Below the pieces are notes generated by a model that searched no databases, had not been told where the DNA came from, and saw only the letters and a program-made list of their open reading frames with translations. Source: an uncultured Lentisphaerales bacterium (lineage in GTDB: Bacteria; Verrucomicrobiota; Lentisphaeria; JABSQK01; UBA12247). Taken from it: DNA of 64,000 nucleotides. Made by a program: the position numbers and the translations under genes. Shown here one piece after another: positions 29,300 through 38,557 of this stretch; positions within the stretch are counted from its first letter, which is position 1, and each line of letters opens with the position of its first letter. The DNA lies in contig CALSSJ010000026.1 of the NCBI GenBank assembly GCA_943788985.1, positions 1 to 64,000 on the forward strand, given 5' to 3'.

Positions 29300-30640
29300 T
29301 TATAACGCCAGCAAGACGTCGAGGTCTGCCAGATTATCTGCCAGCGTGGCCAGGAAGCGTGCTGCCGGAGCGCCGTCCACGACCATGTGGTCGATGGTCA
29401 GGCTCAGGGATACGCGATCCTCGAACACGACTTCGCCGCCCTGGCGAACGGGCTCGAGCTTGATCCCGCCCACGCCCAAAATACCGACCTGTGGCGTGTT
29501 GAGTACCGGCGTAAACTGCTCGATTCCGAAACCGCCGAGGTTTGACACCGTAAAGGTCCCGCCCTGGAGGTCGTCAGCCTGAACTCCGCCTTCAATACAG
29601 CCCACGGCCAGCGTCTTGGCCCGCTCGGACAGCTGAGCGAGACTCAGTGTATCCGCATTCCGAATGACCGGAACCATCAGCCCGCGGTTCGTATCCACGG
29701 CAAACGCCAGGTGAACCTGCTTGGTGCGGCGAATCTTATTGTCGCCTACCGTGGCGTTCAACTCCGGCACGGCTGTAAGCGCCTTGGCGGTGGCGAACAG
29801 CATCAGGTCATTGACCGTGATCCGGTTCAGCCCCAGCGCTTCGTTGCTGCCCTTGAAGCGCTTGCGCATGGCTAACAGTGGCCCACCCGGTGCCGTCCGG
29901 CTGAGCGTGAGCTGTGCGGAGTTCGCAAGCGATGCATGCATCCGCTCTCCGATCAGCTTGCGAATGCCCTTGATCGGAATCTCTTCGACTTCGTCTGCGA
30001 TCTCCGCCACAACCGCACTTGTTGCTACTACTGGAGCTGCCGCGGCCGAAGCTGCGAGGTCCGCACGCGTGACGCGACCACCAATGCCGCTACCAGCCTG
30101 TGACAAGTCACCGCCGGACGCTGCTGCGGCGACCGTACCAGAAGCGGCTGCTGCCAGAACATCACGTTCCAGAATGCGCCCCTCTGGCCCGCTGCCAGCT
30201 AGCCCGGTAGCGGCCACGCCGCGCACCGCTGCAGTTTGACGTGCACGTGGCGAAATGCGTGAGAGGCCATCGCCCGGAGCAGCCACTGCCACAGGTGCTG
30301 CGGCCTCAACTGCTGCTGGTGCGGACTCCGCAACAGGCGCTTCTTCTGCAGGCGTTGCGGACTCCGCAACGCCGTCAGGAGCGAGCCCTGAGGCATCCTC
30401 GCCAGGCTCGCCGACGGCGGCCATAGTCGTCAGGACCGGGATATCGGCTTCTACCGGAAAGAAGTGCACCAGCAGAGTCCCATCGCATGGTGATTCGACC
30501 TCGAAGCTGGCTTTATCGGTTTCTACCTCGGCCAAGGCCTCGCCTTGCGTAACGGTGTCACCTGGCTGTTTGAGCCAGGCAACGAGGAAACAAGTTTCAA
30601 CAGATTGTCCCTGAACGGGCAGTACGACTGGAGTGGCCAT
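29300..30640 (-). CDS. Dihydrolipoamide acyltransferase (E2)
   Basis: Lipoyl motif EVETDKA, an E3-binding segment GSGPEGRI, and catalytic DHMVVDG. RBS GGAAGGA precedes the MATPVV start. Confidence 0.93.
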   Translation of the reverse strand: MATPVVLPVQGQSVETCFLVAWLKQPGDTVTQGEALAEVETDKASFEVESPCDGTLLVHFFPVEADIPVLTTMAAVGEPGEDASGLAPDGVAESATPAEEAPVAESAPAAVEAAAPVAVAAPGDGLSRISPRARQTAAVRGVAATGLAGSGPEGRILERDVLAAAASGTVAAAASGGDLSQAGSGIGGRVTRADLAASAAAAPVVATSAVVAEIADEVEEIPIKGIRKLIGERMHASLANSAQLTLSRTAPGGPLLAMRKRFKGSNEALGLNRITVNDLMLFATAKALTAVPELNATVGDNKIRRTKQVHLAFAVDTNRGLMVPVIRNADTLSLAQLSERAKTLAVGCIEGGVQADDLQGGTFTVSNLGGFGIEQFTPVLNTPQVGILGVGGIKLEPVRQGGEVVFEDRVSLSLTIDHMVVDGAPAARFLATLADNLADLDVLLAL

Positions 30641-30650
30641 AATTCCTTCC

Positions 30651-31433
30651 TTAGTGTGACAGTGATTTATTTGAAGAAGTTGCGATCTGAACGAGCACAT
30701 GATGTTCTGCCAGTTGTTGGCAAAGCGAATCATCCGCGGCTTCGGTGATCAAAATATCGATGTCGCTGGCCGTTCCGGTCCGAGCGAGTGCGGTTGCGTT
30801 GAACTTGGAGCTGTCCATCAGCAGAGCGACCGTGCCCGCCCGTGACATCGCCTGCGCTTTGGTAAAAGCCTCATTCGGATCCGTGGTCATCATGCCCCGC
30901 TCTACCGAGAAGCCCATGGTACCCATGAACGCAATGTCGAACTGCAGCTGCTCGAGCAACGCCTCGGTGAGCGGTCCGACCAGCGTCCTGCTGAGTGACC
31001 GGAACTCGCCGCCAGTGAGCAGCAGACGATGTCGCGTATCCAGCAGCTTCACGGCTGCCATGACCGAGTTGGTCACGATCGTCAGGTTGCGCCGCGTGTC
31101 GAGTAAGGGTGCCAGCGAAAGCACCGTGCTGCCACCGTCCAGATAGATGGTGTTGCCGTCCCTTATCAGGGAACTCGCGCTGGCGGCAATCGCCCGCTTC
31201 GCCCGCGCGGCCCGATCCTCTTTATCGCGAAACAGGGGCTCCAGCCGGCTGATGCCCCGCAAGGTCGCTCCGCCGCGCACGCGGCGCACAAGACCGGAGC
31301 CCGCCATCTGTTGCACGTCACGCCGAGCCGTAGCCTCGGAAACGCTGAAGTGAGTTGCGATCTCCGCAATCCCAACACTCGTGCGGCCACTCAATAACTG
31401 GAGGATATCATCTTCGCGATCTGATCTATTCAT
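30651..31433 (-). CDS. DeoR/GlpR-family transcriptional regulator
   Basis: HTH segment FSVSEATARRD, then RGGA, IYLDGGST, VTNS and DSSKF. Confidence 0.93.
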   Translation of the reverse strand: MNRSDREDDILQLLSGRTSVGIAEIATHFSVSEATARRDVQQMAGSGLVRRVRGGATLRGISRLEPLFRDKEDRAARAKRAIAASASSLIRDGNTIYLDGGSTVLSLAPLLDTRRNLTIVTNSVMAAVKLLDTRHRLLLTGGEFRSLSRTLVGPLTEALLEQLQFDIAFMGTMGFSVERGMMTTDPNEAFTKAQAMSRAGTVALLMDSSKFNATALARTGTASDIDILITEAADDSLCQQLAEHHVLVQIATSSNKSLSH

Positions 31434-31450
31434 ACAGCTAACTTGCACCA

Positions 31451-31500
31451 ATGATCATTTGTGCGCAAGCCAGATGATCACTTTTAATCACTTCTGCGCA
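31451..31500. promoter_or_regulatory. Direct repeats upstream of the DeoR operon; probable operator
   Basis: ATGATCATTTGTGCGCA (31451-31467), ATGATCACTT (31474-31483) and TTAATCACTTCTGCGCA (31484-31500). Confidence 0.55.
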
Positions 31501-31574
31501 TTTCACACGTTCGGAGCCTTGTCTACCCACTCAAATTAGTGGACGAACGCCAGCAAGCGAGTACGGTTATCGCT

Positions 31575-31934
31575 ATGGTACAGATTCGCTCTATCTCCGT
31601 GGTCTTGTTGTTCCTGCTAAGCAGCATTGTCGGCGTGGCCGGCGAGCTTCAGATTTGCATCGGCACGGATCATGTGATGCTCGCTGCCGAGGACCATGCC
31701 AGCTACGGCTGCTGCGGGCACCACCATGACTGCACGGACCTGACCATTTCGGCTCCGTTACATCTCGCACGCGTCGAGTCCGCACTGCTGGGACAGCTGA
31801 TTCCGGCCGTCCTAGTTCGCCCACGCGGCTACACCCCGGCGCGCACGAAGGCCGAAATTCTGGCCGCCCTCCCGCCCCATCGCCCCCCTCCCCATTGCCT
31901 CACGCTACTTAGGACAATCGTCCTCAGAGTCTGA
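31575..31934 (+). CDS. Small Cys/His-rich membrane-associated protein preceding the metal efflux genes
   Basis: Hydrophobic N-terminus, CIGTDH, GCCGHHHDCTD and a Pro-rich tail ending LRTIVLRV. Confidence 0.6.
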   Translation: MVQIRSISVVLLFLLSSIVGVAGELQICIGTDHVMLAAEDHASYGCCGHHHDCTDLTISAPLHLARVESALLGQLIPAVLVRPRGYTPARTKAEILAALPPHRPPPHCLTLLRTIVLRV

Positions 31935-32036
31935 TCCAGATCCATCGTTTTCTCAGTTTCTTGTGTTTCCAGGGACTCAATGCGCATGGATCAGTTTTAT
32001 GGTGATTTTTTTGATGGTTTTATCTAGGTGTCGGCA

Positions 32037-33671
32037 ATGAAAAAGCTGGCTTGTCTCGTTCTTTATCTTCTCGTCGCGGCCGGACTGGCGCTGGTCGGCG
32101 TAGGTGCTGGTTGGCACATGGCTCTGAACAAGGGCCCAAGCGCGGGCGCGCACGACAGCCACGGCCATGACGAAGCAAGCGGTGGAGACGGTGGCCACGA
32201 CGACCTGTCAGAACAGGCGCTGGCCAACCTCGGCGTGCAATCGGAGAAGCTATCACCGACCACCTTTGTGCTGGCGACGCCGGTTCCTGCTGAGATTCGC
32301 GAGACGCCCTCGAGTAGCCGTCGAGTCGTCGCCCCGGTAGGTGGACGCGTCCTCACGGTCGCCACCGAGCTGGGCGAACTGGTCGACCAAGGTTCCGCAT
32401 TGGTCACCATTCTACGAGACCCGTTCCCCCGCCCACGGCTTGAGATCACCTTAGAAGTCGTGACACCGGAAACCGAGGATTACCACGAGACCAAGGCCGA
32501 GTTACGGACCGCATTGAAGTCCGCGGAAATCCTCACTCAGGAGCTGACCCGTGTCGGCGGACTGGTGGGCGCAGAGGGGTTTCCACTTGTTCCACGCCAG
32601 GACCTGATCAAGCTTCGCTATGAGAATGCCATTGTGCTGCAAACGATCGAGAACTTGCGCAGCGAACTCCGCATGCACGGGCTAGACGCTGCCGATGTGA
32701 AGCGCGTGGAAGCCGGCGAGGATGTCCCGCTGAACCCTACGGTCTGGCGGGCGCTGTTCGTGCGCAACGGGCTCTGGAATGCCAGCGCTGATGCGCTGCT
32801 GGCGGCGTTGCCGGAGCAGCTGCGCGACGAGCCATGGCATGTCGCGGTCTGCGGCGAACTCGCCGTGGAGCAACTCGCCACGCCCGAGTTGATTGCCTGG
32901 CTCAAGGAGACCCCCGCCGTCGGAGAGCACTTTGCCAGCGTTGCGGGACTGCTGCAGAGCGGGGCAACCATTGGCCAGCTCCGTAACCTTTACCTGCGCA
33001 GCGCCTTCGAAGAGACGGTGACCGTGCAGAGCCCCCACGGTGCGCCTGACTGGGACGTACACTCACTCGAGGTGCGCCCTGGCGATATCGTAAGCGCAGG
33101 TGACACGCTGTTGACCGTGGTGAATCCGCGGGAGTTGCACTTGGTCGCGCAGCCCTCAGGCAGCGAGACAGCAGCAATCCTCGAGGCGTTGCGGGGTTCG
33201 CAAACCGCCACCGCTGAGTCGTTGGTGCATGGCGCGGCACCGGATCTAGACAAGCTCGTGTTGCAGGCAGTCAGGGTCGATGAGGCGCATCAGCCAGTGG
33301 CATACTTTGTCGTGCAGAACAAGCAGCTGCAGGTCACAGAGCGGGATGGGCGCAGGTTTCGCAGCTGGGACCTGCGGCCCGGGCAACGCTATCTGCTCCA
33401 GACCCCACGTGAAGTTTGGGAAAATGTGTACGTGGTTCCGGTCGGCGGCATCTTCGCCGACGGCGCGGACTTACAGGTGTATGCCAGGCACGGCAGCCAT
33501 TTCCACGCAACTCCGGTCACGATTCGTCACCGGAATCACGCCGTAGCGGTCCTGAGCGCGGATTCTCTGCGACCGGGCACTGAGGTCGTCACCGCCGGCG
33601 CGTTTGCGCTTAAGCTAGCGATGAACGCTGGCAGCTCCGGAGCAGATCCGCACGCCGGACATAATCACTGA
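32037..33671 (+). CDS. RND efflux periplasmic adaptor (heavy-metal type)
   Basis: N-terminal TM helix, His-rich HDSHGHDE, lipoyl-like halves (VVAPVGGRV, VRPGDIVSAGD) and C-terminal DPHAGHNH. Confidence 0.85.
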   Translation: MKKLACLVLYLLVAAGLALVGVGAGWHMALNKGPSAGAHDSHGHDEASGGDGGHDDLSEQALANLGVQSEKLSPTTFVLATPVPAEIRETPSSSRRVVAPVGGRVLTVATELGELVDQGSALVTILRDPFPRPRLEITLEVVTPETEDYHETKAELRTALKSAEILTQELTRVGGLVGAEGFPLVPRQDLIKLRYENAIVLQTIENLRSELRMHGLDAADVKRVEAGEDVPLNPTVWRALFVRNGLWNASADALLAALPEQLRDEPWHVAVCGELAVEQLATPELIAWLKETPAVGEHFASVAGLLQSGATIGQLRNLYLRSAFEETVTVQSPHGAPDWDVHSLEVRPGDIVSAGDTLLTVVNPRELHLVAQPSGSETAAILEALRGSQTATAESLVHGAAPDLDKLVLQAVRVDEAHQPVAYFVVQNKQLQVTERDGRRFRSWDLRPGQRYLLQTPREVWENVYVVPVGGIFADGADLQVYARHGSHFHATPVTIRHRNHAVAVLSADSLRPGTEVVTAGAFALKLAMNAGSSGADPHAGHNH

Positions 33672-36600
33672 TGAACAAGCTGATCGAGTTTTCGATTCAG
33701 AATCGTCTGTTTGTCGTCGCCCTCGCGCTCGTGGTGGCGGTCACCGGCGGATACCAAGCCACGCAAATGCCGATCGACGTGTTGCCGGATCTGAACCGCC
33801 CGTCGGTCGTGGTGATGACCGAAGCACACGCGATGGTGCCGCAGGATGTGGAGCAGCTGGTTACTTTGCCCCTGGAGCGCGCATTGAACGGCGCCAGCGG
33901 CGTAACGCGCGTACGCTCCCAATCCGGCCTCGGCCTCTCAGTGGTCACCGCAGAGTTTGCCTGGGGCACGGATGTGTTCCGTAACCGCCAGATCGTGCAA
34001 GAAAAGTTGCAGCTGGCGCAGGGGTTTCTGCCAGAGGGCATTCAGCCGCAGATGGCCCCGGTAAGTTCGATCATGGGCCAAATACAGATGATCGGCCTGT
34101 ACAGCGAGACGGACGCACACTCGCTGGAGCAGATTCGCAGCCTGGTGGACAATGATCTGCGCTACCGCCTGATGGCGGTCCCGGGCGTGGCAACGGTGCT
34201 GGTGATCGGCGGCGCGCCCCAGCAGCTACAGGTGGAAATGGACGCATTGCGCATGCGGGTCTATGGCGTCACGGTCGAGGACGTCGCAACGGCAATCCGC
34301 ACCAGCAATCGTAGCGCTGGTGGCGGCTTTCTAGAGATCGGCGCAGCCGCGCCAGTGGTCACGGTAAACGGACTTCTCGGCAATGCCGATGACCTAGCCG
34401 ATGCAGTGGTCAAGCCAGATCCGGAGCGCCCGGTGAGAGTGCGCGATGTGGGCACGGTCTCGTTCGCACCGGCAGCTATCCGAACCGGCCAGGCCGGGGT
34501 GAATGGCAAGCCTGGTTGCGTGGTCATCATCAACAAGCAACCCGGGCATGATACGGTAACGCTCAGCGAATCGATTCACGAAGTATTGGATGACTTCGCG
34601 GTAAGCGTCCCGGATGGCATCACCGTGGTGCCCGACCTCTTCCAGCAGGCGGACTTCATCCACCGGGCGATCGACAACGTCATGGAGGCGGCGCGAGATG
34701 GCGCAATCATGGTCGTGATCGTGCTCTTTATGTTTCTGCTGAACTTTCGCACGACCCTGATCACGCTCACCGCGATTCCGCTATCCGTGGCGATGACAGC
34801 GCTGATTTTTGCCGCCTTTGGCCTGAGCATCAACACCATGACACTCGGTGGGCTCGCGGTGGCCATCGGCGCCCTGGTAGACGACGCCATTGTGGACGTA
34901 GAGAATGTGTTTCGGCGGTTGAAACAGAATGCCGCGGGCAAGCGCCGGCCGCCGCTTTCGGTGGTCTGGGCCGCGTCTTGCGAAGTTCGCAAACCCATCA
35001 TTGTCGGTACCGCGCTGGTGGTGGTGGTCTACCTTCCGTTGTTCTTTCTGAGCGGCTTGGAAGGCCGGTTGTTCGCGCCGATCGGCCTTGCGTACATCAC
35101 CAGTGTTGTCGCCTCGTTGGCAGTGTCGCTGACGGTCACGCCAGCACTGTGCGCCTACTTACTGCCGAACTATGTCGAGAAAAAGGAACGCCGAGACGGG
35201 CTATTGGTACGAGGACTGCGAGTCGTGGCCGACCGGACGATCCGGCTGAGCGTTCGCCATTCGCAGCACGTCCTGGCGACTCTCACGGGACTGGTGGTGA
35301 TCGGCATTGCCGTGCTGGCGATGCGCGGTACCCAATTTCTTCCGGAGTTCAACGAGGGGGTCGCGCAGATCAACCTGATGCTGCCGCCTGAGACGGGGCT
35401 GTCGACGTCGGATGCGTTCGGCCAGCGCAAGGAGCAGGTTTTGCTGGAGGTAGAGGGCGTGCGCTCGGTGGCACGACGAACGGGCCGCGCCCAGGGCGAT
35501 GAACATGCAATGGGCGCAAACGCGACCGAGACAATCATCACCTTCGCTCCCGACAGCGGTCGATCCCGTGAAGAGATGCTGGCGGATATTCGAGACAAGC
35601 TGGGAAAGGCATTTCCCGGCGTGCCGATCGGGGTAGACCAGCCGCTGCAGCACTTGCTCAGCCACATGCTCAGCGGAGTCAAGGCGCAGGTCGCGGTCAA
35701 AATCTACGGTCCAGACCTGGATGAGTTGCGCCGGTTGGCCGCGCAGGCTGAGCAGGAGATTCGAGCAGTCCCAGGCGTAGAGGATCTGTACGTAGAGCAG
35801 CAGGTCTTGGTGCCGAGCATTTCCGTGCGCCCGAACCGCGAACTCTTGGCGCGGCATGGGCTGACGGTGGACGCAATCGCCGAGACAATTGAGCTGGCAA
35901 TGGGCGGCGAAGCGGTCTCACGCATGCTCGACGGCCAGTACAGCTATCCGATCGTGGTGAGGCTGGCGGCGCGCTATCGCAGCGACCTTGAGGCATTGCG
36001 TCAGCTGGTGGTGCACACGCCCGAGGGGCGCGCACTGCCGCTGGCAGATGTGGCGGAGATCGAGGAAACAAAAACCCCCAGCAACATCAACCGCGAGAAC
36101 GTTTCACGGCGGATCGTGGTCCAGCACAATGTGGCCGGCCGGGCGCTTGGGGAGGTGGTGGCTGATGTACAAAAGGCACTAGGCTCCGTGCGCGACAGCA
36201 TCTCCGAGCTCGAAGGCTATCGTATCGAACTGAGCGGGCAGTTCGAGGCCCAACAAGCGGCCACCAAGCGCATCTTGCTGCTAAGCATCGTCAGCCTCGC
36301 AACGATGGTTCTGATCCTCTATCTACACTTCGGCTCGCTGAATTTGAGCTTACAGGTTTTAGCTGGGATTCCGATGGCATTCATCGGCGCGGTCGCCTAT
36401 ATCATGGCCAGCAATCAGGCGCTTTCGGTGGCTACGCTGGTCGGTTTGATCTCGCTGGGCGGTATTGCCACCAGAAATGCGATTCTTTTGCTGGACCACT
36501 ACCTGCACATGATGCGTGAGGAAGGCGTGCCCTTTGGCATAGACTTGATCGCCCGTGCGGGCCAGGAGCGGATGGTGCCAGTGGTCATGACCGCGTTGAC

Positions 36601-36820
36601 GAGCGGGATCGCGCTGATCCCACTGGCACTGGCACCAGGACAACCGGGCAAGGAAATTCTGTATCCGGTGGCGACCGTGATCATTGGCGGTCTGATCTCC
36701 AGCACATTGCTGGATTTCGTGGTGCGTCCGGCCCTGTTCGCACGCTTTGGGCCAAGGTGCTGCGGAGCGGGTGGCCGACGCGCATTCTCACGCGCGCCTG
36801 CTAGACTTATACGGTTGTGA
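33671..36820 (+). CDS. CusA/CzcA-family heavy-metal RND permease (extreme C-terminus may be frameshifted)
   Basis: Motifs MPIDVLPDL, NTMTLGGLAVAIGALVDDAIVDVEN, GRAQGDEHA and ERMVPVVMTAL. Length is 1049 aa. Confidence 0.93.
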   Translation: MNKLIEFSIQNRLFVVALALVVAVTGGYQATQMPIDVLPDLNRPSVVVMTEAHAMVPQDVEQLVTLPLERALNGASGVTRVRSQSGLGLSVVTAEFAWGTDVFRNRQIVQEKLQLAQGFLPEGIQPQMAPVSSIMGQIQMIGLYSETDAHSLEQIRSLVDNDLRYRLMAVPGVATVLVIGGAPQQLQVEMDALRMRVYGVTVEDVATAIRTSNRSAGGGFLEIGAAAPVVTVNGLLGNADDLADAVVKPDPERPVRVRDVGTVSFAPAAIRTGQAGVNGKPGCVVIINKQPGHDTVTLSESIHEVLDDFAVSVPDGITVVPDLFQQADFIHRAIDNVMEAARDGAIMVVIVLFMFLLNFRTTLITLTAIPLSVAMTALIFAAFGLSINTMTLGGLAVAIGALVDDAIVDVENVFRRLKQNAAGKRRPPLSVVWAASCEVRKPIIVGTALVVVVYLPLFFLSGLEGRLFAPIGLAYITSVVASLAVSLTVTPALCAYLLPNYVEKKERRDGLLVRGLRVVADRTIRLSVRHSQHVLATLTGLVVIGIAVLAMRGTQFLPEFNEGVAQINLMLPPETGLSTSDAFGQRKEQVLLEVEGVRSVARRTGRAQGDEHAMGANATETIITFAPDSGRSREEMLADIRDKLGKAFPGVPIGVDQPLQHLLSHMLSGVKAQVAVKIYGPDLDELRRLAAQAEQEIRAVPGVEDLYVEQQVLVPSISVRPNRELLARHGLTVDAIAETIELAMGGEAVSRMLDGQYSYPIVVRLAARYRSDLEALRQLVVHTPEGRALPLADVAEIEETKTPSNINRENVSRRIVVQHNVAGRALGEVVADVQKALGSVRDSISELEGYRIELSGQFEAQQAATKRILLLSIVSLATMVLILYLHFGSLNLSLQVLAGIPMAFIGAVAYIMASNQALSVATLVGLISLGGIATRNAILLLDHYLHMMREEGVPFGIDLIARAGQERMVPVVMTALTSGIALIPLALAPGQPGKEILYPVATVIIGGLISSTLLDFVVRPALFARFGPRCCGAGGRRAFSRAPARLIRL

Positions 36821-36848
36821 TTCCCCCTCAGGACGAGACGACAGGTCA

Positions 36849-37381
36849 ATGAATTGTAAAGTCTGCAGTGCACCCGCAACGGTGCATATTCAGGAAGTTG
36901 TGGAAGGCGAGCAAACGACGATCAATCTGTGCCCAGATTGCGCGCAACGAATCGGCATCACGCCCGACAACCTGACGCCGGGAAACGTTGCCGAGTTTCT
37001 GGCAAGAATCGCACAGCTGGCACCGGATGAAACACCGGAACCGGACTGGCCGGAGCGCACCTGCGCGCGCTGCGGCTCGGACAGCAAGGCCGTGCAAACC
37101 ACCGGCCGGCTGGGGCTGCGTCACCTGCTATGAAGTGTTTTCAGACGTGCTCATGAATACGGTAGCAGGTCTGCACCGTGGCGACCTGCACACCGGAAAA
37201 CAACCGCTCGGCAGTAACGATTCGGAGCCAGTCCCCGCAGTGCACGCGAACGTTGCCCGCGAGTCCATGCGGCGGAGCATGAAGAAGCGCCCTGGACGAA
37301 GCCGTGGCCAACGAGAAATACGAGCTTGCCCAGCACTTGCATGACGAATTAGAGCAGATGGAGCCGGACGATGCGGACTGA
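36849..37381 (+). CDS. mcsA: Protein-arginine kinase activator McsA (frameshifted)
   Basis: CKVC, LCPDCA, CARCG, GRLGC.TCYEVF and H.G..HTGKQP, followed by a UVR domain (EAVANEKYELA) across frames. Confidence 0.85.
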
Positions 37382-38445
37382 TATTCGCGAAATGGCAGCA
37401 GCAAATGCTCCGTGGCTCAGCGTCGATGCTGACGACTCAGATGTGGTCTTTAGCTCTCGCATCCGGTTGGCGCGCAATATCGCGAGGTGGCCGTTTCCGC
37501 CGAGAGCCGAGCCCCATGATCGCGAGGCAGTGCTGGAAGCAACCCGTGAGTCCTTGTTGGCGCATGCGCAGTTCAGCCCCACGAGTGAAATTTCGTTTGA
37601 TGGGCTGGAGAAGGGAGACCGACGCGTTCTGATTGAACGGCGCTTGGCGACCAAAGAGCTCTTCGATGGCCGCCCTGGGCTGTGCGATATTCGTGGCCGA
37701 GGACGAGGCCGCCAGCGTGATGGTGAATGAAGAAGATCATCTCCGCATTCAATCGATTCTGCCCGGTCTCCAACTCGATCTGGCCTACGACATCGCTACC
37801 GCGATCGATGACCACCTCTCTACTGATTTAGGCATTGCGTTTCATGATGACCTGGGCTATCTCACGAGTTGCCCGTCTAACGTGGGAACTGGCCTACGCG
37901 CCTCGGTCATGCTGCACCTACCAGGGCTAGTTCTAGCGGAGACCATCAATGAATGCCTCGCCGCAATTCAGCAACTGGGGCCTCGCAGTACGCGGCGTGG
38001 CTGGAGAAGGGCTCGGAGACGCACGGCAATCTGTTCCAACTCTCGAATCAGTCCACGCTTGGTGAGACCGAAGCAGAGATCATTTCTGGGCTGGCACGTG
38101 CGACCCAACATCTGGTAAATTGCGAACGCAATGCCCGCAAAAAAACTGGTGGAGCAGGTCTCAGACCGGCTTGCCGACTACGTGGGCCGGGCGTTCGGCT
38201 GTCTTCAACATGCCCACTGGCTCACTACGGATGAGGCCTTGATGTACCTAAGTGCATTGCGGCTTGGAACCGATATGAAAATGTTTAGTCAAATGGAGTC
38301 CGAATGGGTCAATGGCCTGTGGCTAGCGGTACAGTCCGGGCACTTACAGGCACGCGACGATGGGACCGGTCCACGCGCCAAACGCCCGGTGCGTCGCGCA
38401 CGACTGGTTCGGGCCAGACTCGCAGAAGTGACGCGTCCGGATTGA
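37371..38445 (+). CDS. mcsB: Protein-arginine kinase McsB (frameshifted)
   Basis: SSRIRLARNI, MVNEEDHLRIQ, GYLTSCPSNVGTGLRASVMLHLPGL and FQLSNQSTLG across four ORF pieces. Confidence 0.9.
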
Positions 38446-38557
38446 CGGGACGCTCGAAACGAACCAAATTGTAGAGAACCAAAAAGCGAACGGCCCCCCC
38501 CCTTCATCGCGCTTCCAGCAGAACTGGAGGCAGAGACCCACGCAGGAGAGCCGGCAA

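Noticed and set aside
36747..37133. Possible RND permease-McsA fusion via ORF 36747..37133
   Set aside because: It lies in an error-rich stretch, and McsA has a normal M-x-C-x-x-C start at 36849, so a fusion is unsupported.
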